DNA from: Eledone cirrhosa
Lineage: Eukaryota
Direction of reading: 5' to 3'
Length of the DNA stretch: 64,000 bases
Assembly (NCBI GenBank): GCA_964016885.1
Contig: OZ024740.1
Span: 267,902,001 to 267,966,000 of the forward strand
Shown here: positions 28,711-43,675 of the stretch, one piece after another
Position numbering within the stretch: the stretch's first letter is position 1
Layout of the letters: every line of letters begins with the position of its first letter
The notes under the pieces: generated by a model
What the model saw: the letters and a program-made list of their open reading frames with translations, nothing else
Told to the model about the DNA's origin: nothing
The model's database searches: none
Program-made: the position numbers and the translations under genes

Positions 28711-28880
28711 TAGCGAATTTCCCGGCGCCGAAGACGCTTCGTCGTCGAGGATGCACCCTAATTTTGACAACCAAAAATTTGAAAAAAAATAATAAACAAC
28801 CTTCGGCCTCCAAGACACATGGGAGATTTTGAGACTTATTTTAGGAAAAAAGTAGCGTTTCGACGCCAGGAAATACGGTA
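28711..28880. mobile_element. Tc1/pogo-like MITE
   Basis: Imperfect TIRs TAGCGAATTTCCCGGCGCCGAAGACGC / GCGTTTCGACGCCAGGAAATACGGTA. Confidence 0.65.
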
Positions 28881-28924
28881 TATAGTATGGGTTGGGGTCT
28901 CAATATATAAACTAAACGACTAAA

Positions 28925-29489
28925 TATGTGTGCATGTATGTATATATATATATACATACTACTGTACGTCTGTATACATGTATGTATGTACGTATACATA
29001 CTTATATTTAAGTATCAGCCGTACTAAGAGTGGGAAATGAAATTTCGTTTCATTTTTTCCGTTTATCGTTTTCGGTGCACCCGGCCGATTAACTCACTCG
29101 ATATGCAAATTAGGCTACTCAGCCGTTAATATGCATAAGGTAAGTATATACTTTCAGACGTTCAATCATCTGGCAGGAAGGTATACGTTGCTGACGATAG
29201 CTTATAAGCTTGAAACAAGTACAGCGTTCCTTTGTCAGTGTTGAACAAACGAGCAACGGTGGTTGCTAGACACTACGGCTTAATACGGGATGTTTGTTTA
29301 CAAACACACCGAGTATTATAATAAATGTTCGGTGAATCCATACGTACATATATATATGTGTGCATGTATGTATATATATATACATACTACTGTACGTCTG
29401 TATACATATATGTATGTACGTGTACATACTTATATTTAAGTAACAGCCGTACTAAGAGTGGGAAATGAAATTTCGTTTCATTTTTTCCG
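28925..29489 (+). mobile_element. ~430-bp non-coding HHR-bearing unit with terminal direct repeat (retrozyme/pLTR-like)
   Basis: 28925-29060 is repeated at 29355-29489. The family recurs as a palindrome at 49370-50152 and partially at 62170-62320. Confidence 0.75.
29186..29226 (+). ncRNA. Minimal type I hammerhead in a retrozyme-like repeat
   Basis: CGUUG-CUGACGA-U AGCU uaua AGCU U-GAAA-CAAG-UA-CAGCG. Copies at 49638-49678(-) and 49907-49947(+) have palindromic ACUAGU stem III but one core mutation each. Confidence 0.8.
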
Positions 29490-29807
29490 ACTAATTCTGC
29501 CTTTTCTTTTTAAATCAAGGGAGACAACCTGGAAAAATAATCGATTCCCCCCACACTCTCGTCGCTCATTCCACCCTAACCCATTATTTGGGACCCGAGA
29601 GTACAAGGGATTCAAGGAATTATGTGTGTGTGTGTGGGGGGGGGGGGGGTTATGTTACATCTCTCGTTTGTTAGTTTTCTCGGTGATTAATATTTACCTC
29701 TATTATCAGCAGGTAAAAAACAGCTGGAGCCCAGTTTAAATAGAAAAAGATTCCTATTTATTTTACAGCAGCAGATGGTCCCAAAGTACGCCCGCTGCTG
29801 TTTATTC

Positions 29808-29846
<39 letters not shown>

Positions 29847-29946
29847 CACTGGTGGTGGTGGTTGTGGTGGTGGTGGTGGTTGTGGTGGTTGTGATGGGTG
29901 GTGGCGGTGGTAGTGGTGGTGTTGGCAATAGTAGTAGTAGCAGCAA

Positions 29947-30003
<57 letters not shown>

Positions 30004-30055
30004 AAGCAGCAGCAGCAGCAGGAGCAGCAGCATCAGCATCAGCAGCATCAGCAGC

Positions 30056-30108
<53 letters not shown>

Positions 30109-30166
30109 AAGCAGCAGCAGCAGCAGGAGCAGCAGCAGTAGCAGCAGCAGCATCAGCAGCAGCAGC

Positions 30167-30266
<100 letters not shown>

Positions 30267-30394
30267 ATAGCTATTGTTATTTGTGGTGGTACATGATGAT
30301 GATGGCCGTTAGCTCCAAATCAGCCCTGATCGAGCAAATATTTACTCCACTATATACATTCCAGTTGTAACCATCCTTATTTTTATTGTGTATA

Positions 30395-30813
30395 TTAGGA
30401 ACACCTTCAGGTGGTTTCCTGCTAGCCTGTGTAGTGTGGATATTGATATTATACGCAAGTATATATACATGTAGATATGATACATCAAATAAAATCGTAA
30501 TTGACAATATACACAGAAACTGAACGAAGATTATCTTATGTAATCAGTAACGTAATCCATTGACGGAAATATATGACTGTTTATTTAAGCGATCGCTAAC
30601 CGAAAGTGTTGACATTTGAACATTTTAAAGAAGTGAATCTTAAAATAAGCGACAAAATTATTTATATTTAATCAAGAATAACGAAATTTAGTAGATAAAT
30701 TATGTAATATTCATTCATTATTTATTCAAAGTAATCCAACTTATTTTACAAACGGGATAAAAAAAATATATTCTGGACGCTGTCCCGCACTCCTTACTTT
30801 ATTATAGTTTAGA
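30395..30813 (-). mobile_element. Non-autonomous Helitron, second copy
   Basis: Reverse-complement homology to 47436-47920. 5' TCTAAACTATAATAAAG start and degenerate 3' hairpin. Confidence 0.7.
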
Positions 30814-31559
30814 TTGAAGTCTGATGTTTCTAGTAGAATGACTGATTAGAGACTCATTCCTTGGTTTTTCTAGGAACCTTTGTATATTTTTGCTATTATT
30901 GTTGTTCAGTTTAGGGCGGTGGATTGGCAGTATCGGTAGAGTCAGACACCGTGCTTTGCAGCATGGAGTTACGGTCCTTTACGGTCTGAGTTCAAATCCC
31001 GCCGAGGTTAACTTTGCCTTTAATCCTTACGGGGTCGATAAAATAAAGCCCCAGTAACGTACTGGGGTCGATTTATTCGACTTTCTCCTCCCCACAAATT
31101 ACTGGCTTTGTACATCCTGCCGAGGTTAACTTTGCCTTTCATCCTTAGGGGGTCGATAAAATAAAGTCCCAGTAATGTACTGGGTAATTGCTGGCCTTGT
31201 GCCAAAAGTAGAAACAATTATTATTGTTCAGTTTATGTAATTCTACAACCAGTTATATTTGTACAGATCTTACAGCAAGAAAGCAGTAGCTAATTCAAAA
31301 TGAACTTTAACTTATATATATTGTAGTTTATGTAATTGTATAAGCCTGACTCCCACCGAAGTCACACTTTACCTTTCATCCACTTAAGGTCGATAAAAAA
31401 GTATCAGTTTAGTACTAGGGTTGATTCTTCCTCTATATCTCTTTCTCACTCCCGCCTCTCTCTCTTTATCCTTCTCTGGAAGAAATCTGCTGTACTCAGG
31501 CCTAGAGAGGAGATGGGCTCCACTTGGTTTTAAAATGCTCTAAGAAATGCCGTATGTCA

Positions 31560-32200
31560 ATACGGTGCCCCTACAACTTCCTCAGAAGTTATGTGACCAT
31601 ACCATCTTTAAAAGACAATTACCAGTTCCTTATTTGTGTTTGAAATCAAGTTTTCGCCATTGTTCGGATATACGGAAACCAGCGAAGTTTTCCTTGTAAC
31701 AACGTCTTTTCCATGTTTAGCAGCTGAGATTTTTCTAGTATGAGGTGTTCCTGACTTTCTCTTTCTATGTGATGTTCATTAGGATGGTTGCTCAAGAATG
31801 CCAGCAGATGATTTTATCTGTTTGCGGTATATCATACATGCTTTCGATCATAATAAAAAAGCGGATAATAATGATAATATTACTCGGTATACTGTGCAGC
31901 TTATAAGGATTGACATGTGTTTTTCTCCATAGTCGTTCTCTTAACCTTCCGAATGCCAATATACGCTTGCTTACCCTGAGATATGATTCGTCACTCAGTC
32001 TACTCACACTACTGATTCTACTTCCCAAATAGGTAAAGAGGTTTGCTTCTGCCAGCACCTGCACTTCCATAATGATAGACTCAAGTTGTGCAGTTTGCTT
32101 TGAACAAGGAAGGACTTTGCTGATAAGGATATTAAGTCTTCCGGATCTTAATTTTCAGGTCGAACTTTATAGTTGGACCGTCAAAAGCAATCACACAGCT
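31560..32200 (-). mobile_element. Old RTE-clade LINE fragment
   Basis: FTYLGSRISS..LSDE..RVSK..AFGRLRERLW. Confidence 0.7.
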
Positions 32201-32311
32201 GTGCATGTCATCGCTACAATGGAAAACAAAGAAACAATCATCTACAAAAATACTATTCTCACAAATGGATGTGTGGTGTTGGTCTTAGATTTAAGGTGTG
32301 GCACATTAAAC

Positions 32312-34286
<1,975 letters not shown>

Positions 34287-35387
34287 TTGTTTTAGAAGCC
34301 TGTACAATGCAGATGACAATCTCCGGGTGACAAAATCAGGTGGCAGTAGGAAGAAGGAAGAGAAATGTAGATAGAAATGTAAAAAGAGACGTTAAAAGGC
34401 GTAAAAAGAAAACCAGAGATGGAGTTACCTTGGAAGATATTTACTGGTCCCTATATTTCGGATTTCACATCCATCGAGGCGAAGGGAAACAGGTATATCG
34501 GGGAAAGGAACAATGTGTGGCTGTCTTTATCTGTCATTTGCAAGTGTAAATATATGAATTACTCACTGTCCGCGCGCGTGATGTTTAAAATTCTCCTTCC
34601 AAAAAGACCAAAAGCTCTTGTAATGAGAGAAAAAAAATAACAAAAAAAGTAAAATGTAATAATTAATTAGCCGGATAAAAATCCAGTAACACACAAGCTC
34701 CCTCACCTCTGTTTATATTTTAATCAAAATTTAAAACAATATTAGAATTACATGTTTAATAAACGTATTTATAGCATAGTTGAAAAGTTCATAGGCTGAC
34801 CAAGATATTCACATGGAATGACCAAATGAAGTTTATTTTTCAATATAGTCTCTGGAAAGAAACAATGCAGTTGTTAATGAAAAGAATTGAAATTAATGCA
34901 TGCAAGATTTCACAGTTCTAGCACCATTCCTTCACACTCAGCAAATTAACTTTTCTCTCCATCCACGTAAATAGAGAGCTCTTGCCATACAAATTCCTTC
35001 TGATGGGAAGGAGAAAGATCGAATCGACTATTTGATTAGTTTCGGCTTTCGTTAAAGCCTCCGTTAGGATTCGATTAGTTTACCAAGAAAATGTAGAGAA
35101 TACAACATTACGAAATGTGTAAACAGTTTGACCTTCTATATAGAACGGGCACAGTCAGTCGTGTCTTTAAATCTATTAGAGCACTGAAACATCGTATTTG
35201 AGTTAGAATTGTAAACAAAGTGTAGAATGTTTACATATGTTTCATGACTATATTTTTAACTTTGCTATAAAAATAGACGCCTGGGGTTCTCAACATTTTC
35301 AGAGCAGGCCTAAAAATACATTCATTAAATAGAATTTAATCATGTTTGCAAAATTAATCTCAAACACGCAATAACACTGCTCTAGTT

Positions 35388-35419
<32 letters not shown>

Positions 35420-35729
35420 TGTATGTATGTATGTATGTATGTATGTATGTATATGTGTGTGTATATATATATATATAAAAATATGTGTGTATATATATAT
35501 ATATTTCCAAGAGATGTCAACATGAATGAACCTGTTATTTTTATCTAAAGACATTTTTTTCTAATTCCACCCCACCCATCCCTTCAATCTATCTTATTTC
35601 TCATTCTTTCTTCTGGTGAAGGACTAGCGTCCGAAACATTAAGACCCTCTTCCTGCTATTTCAAGCGTTAACCTAATATATTCCTTCCATATACTGTACC
35701 GATTGTGTTGTTATTTCTGTTTGTATTTT

Positions 35730-35781
<52 letters not shown>

Positions 35782-36057
35782 TAAAATAACAGATTAAAGT
35801 TTAAGCAAAGAATCGCTGCTTTCACCCTTAACGGGATCTTCTGAAACTAACAAAGTCAATCTGTAAACGCAGAACTGGATATTACAGATTGACTTTGTTA
35901 GTTTCAGAAGATCCCGTTAAGGGTGAAAGCAGCGATTCTTTGCTTAAACTTTAATCTGTTATTTTAATAAATATTTGCTCTACGGTTCTTATATATTTGA
36001 TATATATTTATCCTTATCGAGCCCTCTTTGGATTTTAGTCTTCAAATTTATTATTAT

Positions 36058-36134
<77 letters not shown>

Positions 36135-36272
36135 CAAATATATATGTATATATATGTATGTATATATGTATATATATATAATGAAGGAGTTGTGGTAAGG
36201 AACCAGGTGGACCATAACGCACCAGAGTACTCAATACTTAGGGTAGTAGAGTGGGTAATAGGAGAAAGTATG

Positions 36273-36371
36273 ACCCCGACGGCAGAGCTCAAGCCGTTTC
36301 GACGGCTATTTCTGGAATAAAGTAAGAGTTTTTTTAGTCTGTTAAATAAATAGCCGAGCTTTTCAAGGGGT
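36273..36371 (-). ncRNA. Type I hammerhead with U3-A8 core and long stem II
   Basis: ACCCC-UUGAAAA-G cu CGGCUAUUU..AAAUAGCCG u C-GAAA-CGGC uugagcucu GCCG-UC-GGGGU. Confidence 0.75.
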
Positions 36372-36799
36372 ACTTTCTTATATGGGAAGATTGTAGTTGT
36401 CAAGAGGATTGGTCAAAATTTGTAGCAGACACAGAAAAAGTCTATCATGGCAGTGGGTGCGAGGTGGGGTTGGCTGAACTTGCCTGTAGAACAATAGGGG
36501 AGTGGGTAGAGCCGGTCAAGCGTTGAAGGTGAAATCAACACGACAAATTCTAAGGAATGTGTATGAAAGTAGGCCAGGGGGGGGGGGGGGGTAGGTGAAA
36601 AAAGGTTTCTTTAGAAAATGGAGGAGGGACGTTATAGAAATGATAAATCAAATGTGTATATATATATATATATATATATAGATTCGTGTTGCTTTCATAT
36701 GTTGGTATGTATGTATATATATAAAGAGAGATACAGACAGAGATAGGGAAAATAATATAAGATGCGATATATTCATTGAAAATACGTTCGTAGAGAGCA

Positions 36800-37470
36800 T
36801 TTTGATCCCAATCTTTCTTATAGCTTTGATCCCAATCTTTCTTATAGCTTTGGACCCAATCTTTCCCACAGTTTTGCTCCCAAACTTTCACATAGCTTTG
36901 ATACCAATCTTCACCATGAATAAGATCCCAATCTTTCCCATAGCTTTAATCCCAATCTTCCCCATAGCTATGATTCCAATCTCGCCCATAGCTATGATCC
37001 CAATCTCGCCCATAGCTTTGATCCCAATCTTTCCCATAGCTTTGATCCCAATCTCGCCCATAGCTTTGATCCCAATCTTCCCCATAGCTTTAATCCCAAT
37101 CTTCCCCATAGCTATGATTCCAATCTCGCCCATAGTTATGATCCCAATCTCGCCCATAGCTTTGATCCCAATCTTCCCCATAGCTTTGATCCCAATCTTT
37201 CCCATAGCTTTGATCCCAATCTCGCCCATAGCTTTGATCCCAATCTTTCCCATAGCTATGATTCCAATCTCGCCCATAGCTTTGATCGCAATATTTGCAA
37301 TAGTTTTGATCACAATCTTTCTCATAGCTTTGATCGCAGTTTTCCCCATAGCTTTGATTACAATCTTTCCCATAACTTTGATCGCAATCTGTCCAATAGC
37401 TTTGACCCCAATCTTTCACATAGTTGTAATCCCAATGTTTCTCATAGCTTTGTTCTCAATTTTTGCCATA
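36800..37470. repeat. 24-bp minisatellite (ATCCCAATCTTCCCCATAGCTTTG)n
   Basis: About 28 units, decaying at the edges. Confidence 0.93.
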
Positions 37471-38619
37471 GCAAAAGTTATAAGCCATTTTCAATATTGT
37501 ACACCAAACCACCTACATACAATGCGCGCAAAATGAGGAGAGGGCACATCTTGTATAAATATAAGATAATTAATGTTGTTCCAAGTGGTCACAGCAGGCC
37601 AAACGTTATAAGTAATTTATTATACTGAGTTTCTTTTCATCAACCTACTACTACTGTACATCAAGCCACTGACAGGCAGTCTGTGCAAAATCCAGAGCGG
37701 CCATTTCTTGCGTGGATATGAGGTCATTGGTGTTATCCCAAGTAGTCGTAGTAGGCTAAAAGCTATCATTTTCAATAACGAGTTTCTTTCCACACACTTC
37801 GTAGTATTGCAGATCAGTCTACTTACAGACTGTGCATGCAAAATGAGGTGGGGCCCCATCTTGTAGGAATATGCGGTCATTGATGTTCTCCCAAATAGTT
37901 ACAGTAGACCAAAAGTTATAAGTAATTTTCAATAGTAATTTTCTTTCCATCCAGCTTATAGTACTGTACAATAAATGTAAATACCAGCTAGAAATTAGAA
38001 CATTTTGGAAGTATATGAATTAAATGGTATTCATTTATTTGAGGTATACCTTACTTCCGGAGATTTGACATTTAATGAATAACTTGCTTTGGCTACACCT
38101 CACATCTTTCATACAGTGTACGTGTTTTACTTCGCGTGGCAGAAGAAGGAAGAGGAGATGGTGGCGGTGGTGGTGGTGGTGGTGGTGATGGTGGCCGTGG
38201 TGGTGGTGGTGGTGCTGATAGTGGTGGTGCTGGTTATGGTGGTGGTGGTGGTGATGGTGGTGGTGGTGGTGATGGTGGTGGTAATGGTGGTGGTGGCTGT
38301 GATGCTGGTGATAAAGATGGTGGTGATGGTGTTATCGTGGTGGTGGCGTTAGTGGTGGTGGAGGTGGTGAGGGTGTTGTGGTGGAAGTAGTAACGGATGT
38401 GTTGGTAGTGGCGGCGGTGGTGGTGTTTGTGGTAGCGGTGTGGTAGTGGAGGTGTTGGTGTTGGTGTTGGTGGTAGTGGTGGTAATGGTGGTGGTGGAGG
38501 TGTTGGTGGTAATGGTGGTGGTTGTGGTGTAGGTGATGATAATGGTAGTGGTGGTAGTGGTGGTGATGGTGGTCGTGGAGGTGATGGTTTTGGTGTTATT
38601 GGTAGTAGTGGTGATTATG

Positions 38620-38655
<36 letters not shown>

Positions 38656-38849
38656 TTGGAGTTGTGGGAAGGGTGTTAATATCACAATGAGGTAAGTTAT
38701 GAAATCGTTTACACGAAAAGTGTTCTGCTGCACAGAAATCACACCCAATATTTCTTCTTCTTCTTCTTCTTCTTCTTCTTCTTCTTCTTCTTCTTCTTCT
38801 TTGCATCACGCACGCGCGCGCGTATACACACACACATGTAAGTGTGTGT

Positions 38850-39280
38850 GTGTATAGGAGAGGTGACAGTACGCAACTTTGCCGGAGTCCGACTCCCACA
38901 TTGAAGGATTTCAATTTAGCACCATTTGTCTCAACACAAATACTCGGCCATTCATATAGAGGCATCAGTGCAACAAGAAACTGACCATCGATCACACACT
39001 TCTGCACAACCTTCCACAACAGGTCCTGAGGAAGACAGTCATAAACCTTTTCAAGCTCGTCAAAACAAAAATATACTTCTTGGCAATACTCTCACGATTA
39101 CTCGAAGACCTTCCACAGTTTGAATATTTGGCGGCTTCGCTGTGTCCGGGGCGATATATCACTCCCAATGGCCATTGCTTGGGTACTTTTCGAGAGATCC
39201 AGGCCACCTGGCACTCACGAGTCAGCCAGAGAATACCTTCTCTATTTAAGGCCTTTAACTTCTGTGGCCTTGTCCCCCTC
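38850..39280 (-). mobile_element. RTE-like RT fragment
   Basis: NGAKLKSFNVGVGLRQSCVLSPLL preceded by ECQVAW..KVPKQWPLGVI. Confidence 0.72.
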
Positions 39281-39803
39281 CCCCCTAGACACACACACAC
39301 ACATATATATATATATAGTAGTTATAACGAAGGAAATGTGGTAAGGAACCAAGTGGACCATAACGCACCAAAGTACTCAATACTTAGGGTAGTAGAGTGG
39401 TGTTGTAGGTGGTAGTGGTGTTGTTGGTGGTAATAGTGGTGTTGGTGGTGTTGTTGGTGGTAATAGTTGTGTTGTTGGTGGTAATAGTGGTGTTGTTGGT
39501 GGTAATAGTGGTGTTGTTGGTGGTAATAGTGGTGTTGGTGGTGGTAATAGTGGTGTTGGTGGTGGTGTTGGTGGTGTTGTTGGTGGTAGTTAGTTATAGT
39601 TAGGTAAAACTATCCAAAGTATAGAGTAATTCAAGTCCGTAGGGCATGTCTGAATATAATTTTCTTTCCGGTTCACTTTCATCGGCACAGACTGAGCAAG
39701 CTAGTTTCCAGTGCTAACGCACGTAGCTGGTATGGCGCTGTTGAAGTAACTGGCCTTAATAATCAAATTCTACTTTTTACTCGGTTACTCTCTACCAATA
39801 CTG

Positions 39804-39888
<85 letters not shown>

Positions 39889-39964
39889 TTCACGGCTCAG
39901 AAATGCTTCTTTCTTTGAGCTAATTAATTGTAAAAGACTGTTTGAGTTTATAACTCTTAATATA

Positions 39965-40023
<59 letters not shown>

Positions 40024-40593
40024 ATAATAATAAATTTGAAGACTAAAATCCAAAGAGGGCTCGATAAGGATAAATATATATCAAATATATAAGAACCGTA
40101 GAGCAAATATTTATTAAAATAACAGATTAAAGTTTAAGCAAAGAATCGCTGCTTTCACCCTTAACGGGATCTTCTGAAACTAACAAAGTCAATCTGTAAA
40201 CGCAGAACTGGATATTTCAAAAAACGTTGCAACCGGAGGAAGACAGGAAGACGATACTTTGGTTCGTGGAAACGTTCGCTGGCTAAGAACGGGAAAAAAC
40301 GAATATAATACGTCATTAATAGGAGCGGTGAAAAACAATACGCGCAAAGACAGAACCACGTTTATAGTATAATAGAGGTCGTAGACTAATGTTCTCTTAG
40401 GTGGTGCATAGAGACGTTCTCTGGCGATGAACGAAAAAAACGAAAATAATACGTCATATGTGGAGCGTGGAGAACAATAGCACGCAAAGACAAACGGATA
40501 ATATATACCTACTTATGCAAATAAGTAAAGGTATAAACAAAACATATACTTAGCTCCCACATCGAGACGTAAAATATCCACGTATAGATCGTA

Positions 40594-41529
40594 CTATCCG
40601 TTAGGGTATAACGTGGGGCTGTAATACAGGAAAGTTTTGTGCAATTTATGTTTACAAGCCGAAATTGCCTCAGATTTTTTGTTTAAGATGTTGTCTGTGG
40701 CGTAGAGTATTTCCAGGGCCTCAGCGGCGCAGAGGTCACATGGTCTTTTATTACCGTTATACGATCTAGCCCTCGCTAGGATCTCCCAGTGTAACTTATA
40801 TTGGGTGTGGTTGTCTTTTAGACTCCAGATAAAAGCTGAAAGTGACGTCATATTCCTTCTTAGAGGGTAACGAAAAGAATGGGTATGCATGTAAAGACGC
40901 TGCTTGAATCTATTGGCGGTTAACCCTATGTAGGCCCTACGGGACGTGGGTGTTATAACCTTACATTTGTAGACAATGTTACTAGAAAGGCATTTACCGG
41001 ATAGGGGGCATTCAACCCGATTCCTACAATTACAGTTAGTACTAACTACAGGGTTGCACGTGTTCCTACGGCTAGGTAGTTTAGCTAAATTTGAAGCTGT
41101 GATGTTATGTGCAAGGTTAGGAGTCGTAGAGTAAGAAATTTTAATAGTATTTCTATTAAAAATTTTACTATATTTATGTGTAGGGGGAAAATGCTTCGTA
41201 ATAAGGGAAAGAAAGATCTTAGCTAATGGTGTGGCCACCTCCATATTATATGGTGGGTTATACCAACAAATGCGATGGGATCTATTTCTTCTAGGTCTAT
41301 TTTCGTACTCTGTATATGCTACCTTATCGACAAGTCCACTTCGAGCAAGAGCTTCATTGTAATAAGTGGAATCGTCGTTGAAAATACGCTGGTTGGTGGA
41401 AAGACGGGAAAGCCTCAACGAAACGTTTTTTACCAGGTTCTTGGTTATGCTGGCAGGATGGTTGGAATGCTTACTCATGTAATTAAGCGTATCATTCGGC
41501 TTTCTATACGGGTAATACAACCCATTCAA
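40594..41529 (-). CDS. PLE RT thumb + GIY-YIG endonuclease fragment (Hydra-like CNC..CPL.GKCL linker)
   Basis: YRKPND..NYMSKHSNHP, WYNPPY, KIFNRNTIKISYS, CNCRNRVECPLSGKCL, VYKCKV..AYIGLT..FKQRLYMH, CDLC..E, LNKKSE..CKH. Confidence 0.9.
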   Translation of the reverse strand: MNGLYYPYRKPNDTLNYMSKHSNHPASITKNLVKNVSLRLSRLSTNQRIFNDDSTYYNEALARSGLVDKVAYTEYENRPRRNRSHRICWYNPPYNMEVATPLAKIFLSLITKHFPPTHKYSKIFNRNTIKISYSTTPNLAHNITASNLAKLPSRRNTCNPVVSTNCNCRNRVECPLSGKCLSSNIVYKCKVITPTSRRAYIGLTANRFKQRLYMHTHSFRYPLRRNMTSLSAFIWSLKDNHTQYKLHWEILARARSYNGNKRPCDLCAAEALEILYATDNILNKKSEAISACKHKLHKTFLYYSPTLYPNG

Positions 41530-41702
41530 TAGGTTGAGGGTAACGTCGAGGTAATTAACGACCGAGAGATTGGCCTCAACCTGTATTTTTTCCCGTTCTT
41601 AGCCAGCGAACGTTTCCACGAACCAAAGTATCGTCTTCCTGTCTTCCTCCGGTTGCAACGTTTTTGAAATATCCAGTTCTGCGTTTACAGATTGACTTTG
41701 TT

Positions 41703-41753
41703 AGTTTCAGAAGATCCCGTTAAGGGTGAAAGCAGCGATTCTTTGCTTAAACT
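41703..41753 (+). ncRNA. Type I hammerhead with A4 core (CAGAAGA), PLE pLTR family
   Basis: AGUUU-CAGAAGA-U CCC guuaa GGG U-GAAA-GCAG cgauucu UUGC-UU-AAACU. Same motif at 4172-4222, 35798-35848(-), 35900-35950, 40131-40181(-) and ~46963-47052. Confidence 0.68.
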
Positions 41754-41769
41754 TTAATCTGTTATTTTA

Positions 41770-41819
<50 letters not shown>

Positions 41820-42668
41820 TAGCGAGGTTTTTTATATGAAATCGTGTGTCGGAATAAAAAAAAAAAAATGGCGTACAGGAGGAAAAAATATATACAGGAG
41901 GAAAAAATATAACACCACTGACGATGTTGCAGATGTGCAACGAAAGATTTATGTAAATTATGTAAACTATATATATGTGTTTGTGTCTATATTGTATCTG
42001 TATTATTTTTGACCGTCGGTCAGTCAATGGCAACATTGAGGACCGAGTAAGTTAGATCGCAGATATAAAAGACAGCGAGAAGCGAAAACCAACCAAACAG
42101 TGAGTGTGTTCTGTTATTAATTCTGGCAATATTACGCAAATATGACCCTCCCCAAGTATAACAATATATATATATATATATATATATAATTGTTTTTACT
42201 TTTGGCACAAGGCCAGCAATTATCCAGTACATTACTGGTACTTTATTTTATCGACCCCGTAAGGATGAAAGGCAAAGTTGACCTCGGCGGGGTTTGAACT
42301 CAGAATGGAAAGGGCCGTAACTCTATGCGTCAAAGCATGGTGTCCGACTCTCTACCGATACTGCCAATCCAATAATGGTTTATCGTTCTACATGGCCGAA
42401 TACAATAAATGTAATCTGTGTTTTTCGAATATTAATAACAATATGCGATTCGTTTGCAATTATGCAGACAGCGGCAAAGCGGGTCATTAATACATGAGAC
42501 TGACTGGCCTAGCTGCTGATATGCAAATCTGGCTGATCAGTGGGTCTGCTATATACAGATCTAACTGATCAGCCAGGCTACTAATATGCAAATCAGGCCG
42601 ATCAGTCACTGTATATTTTAGAAAATATATATTTTCACTAACTCTGACAGTTGGCAGGTAATAGTATG

Positions 42669-42713
42669 CTGTACCGATGAAGGGTAATCACCCAGAAACA
42701 TTAGTGTCTGCAG
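42669..42713 (+). ncRNA. Type I hammerhead (CCGAUGA core)
   Basis: CUGUA-CCGAUGA-A GGGU aauc ACCC A-GAAA-CA uuag UG-UC-UGCAG. Confidence 0.68.
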
Positions 42714-42840
42714 TTCTGTTTACATGCCAACACAGAGCTAGAATGATGGTATCATTCTATTGACATGGCTTTAAAGAGGCTGTTTGCAGAATTGCAAACG
42801 AATCGAATATTATTATTAATATTCGAAAAACTCAGATGAC

Positions 42841-42890
<50 letters not shown>

Positions 42891-43131
42891 GAAGGCGCGT
42901 GGCTGAGTGGTTAGAGAATCGTGAGGTTGTGATTTCGATTCCCGGACCGGGTGATGCCTTATGTTCTTGAGCAAGACACTTTATTTCACGTTGCGCCTTC
43001 TGCCTGGATTTGCGACCGACAGATAGTATTTGCAACTGGAAATACCAATGGAAACATTGTTTCCTCGGTCCGATTTGACGAGCTCCTCTCCACTCTTTAA
43101 GCGAATGAGGTCTGGTATCTTTTCGATCGAC

Positions 43132-43221
<90 letters not shown>

Positions 43222-43603
43222 TGTGTGTGTGTGTGTGTTTGTATATATATATTGCATATAAAACATCGTCTGGAAATGGTCATTTGCATATGGTGTGAAC
43301 TTGACAGGTTATGAATAATAAGCAGTAATACTAACAAAGTGTGGCTGATAACAGGGGTGTGTGAGAGAGATATTTCATTTTATAATGGGTTATTGAAATG
43401 AAAGTAAAAAAAGATTTCACGTTATCTCTGTAAGAAACAATATCTGTATTGTGATTGAAATAATAAATTCATGTAGAATTACCGTCATTTTCTTTGGCTA
43501 TCAACATAGAGCATTATGTGTGTGTGTGTTTGTGTTTGTGTGTGTATGTATATGTATGTGTGCGCGCGTGTGTGTATGCATATATACATATATACATGTA
43601 TAC

Positions 43604-43675
<72 letters not shown>

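Larger units (their letters stand above)
40030..41775 (-). mobile_element. 5'-truncated Penelope-like element (Hydra-like) with a short inverted 3' copy (41583-41775), in (TA)n
   Basis: 311-aa minus ORF plus 3' UTR 40030-40593. 41588-41775 is the reverse complement of ~40107-40297. Confidence 0.88.
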
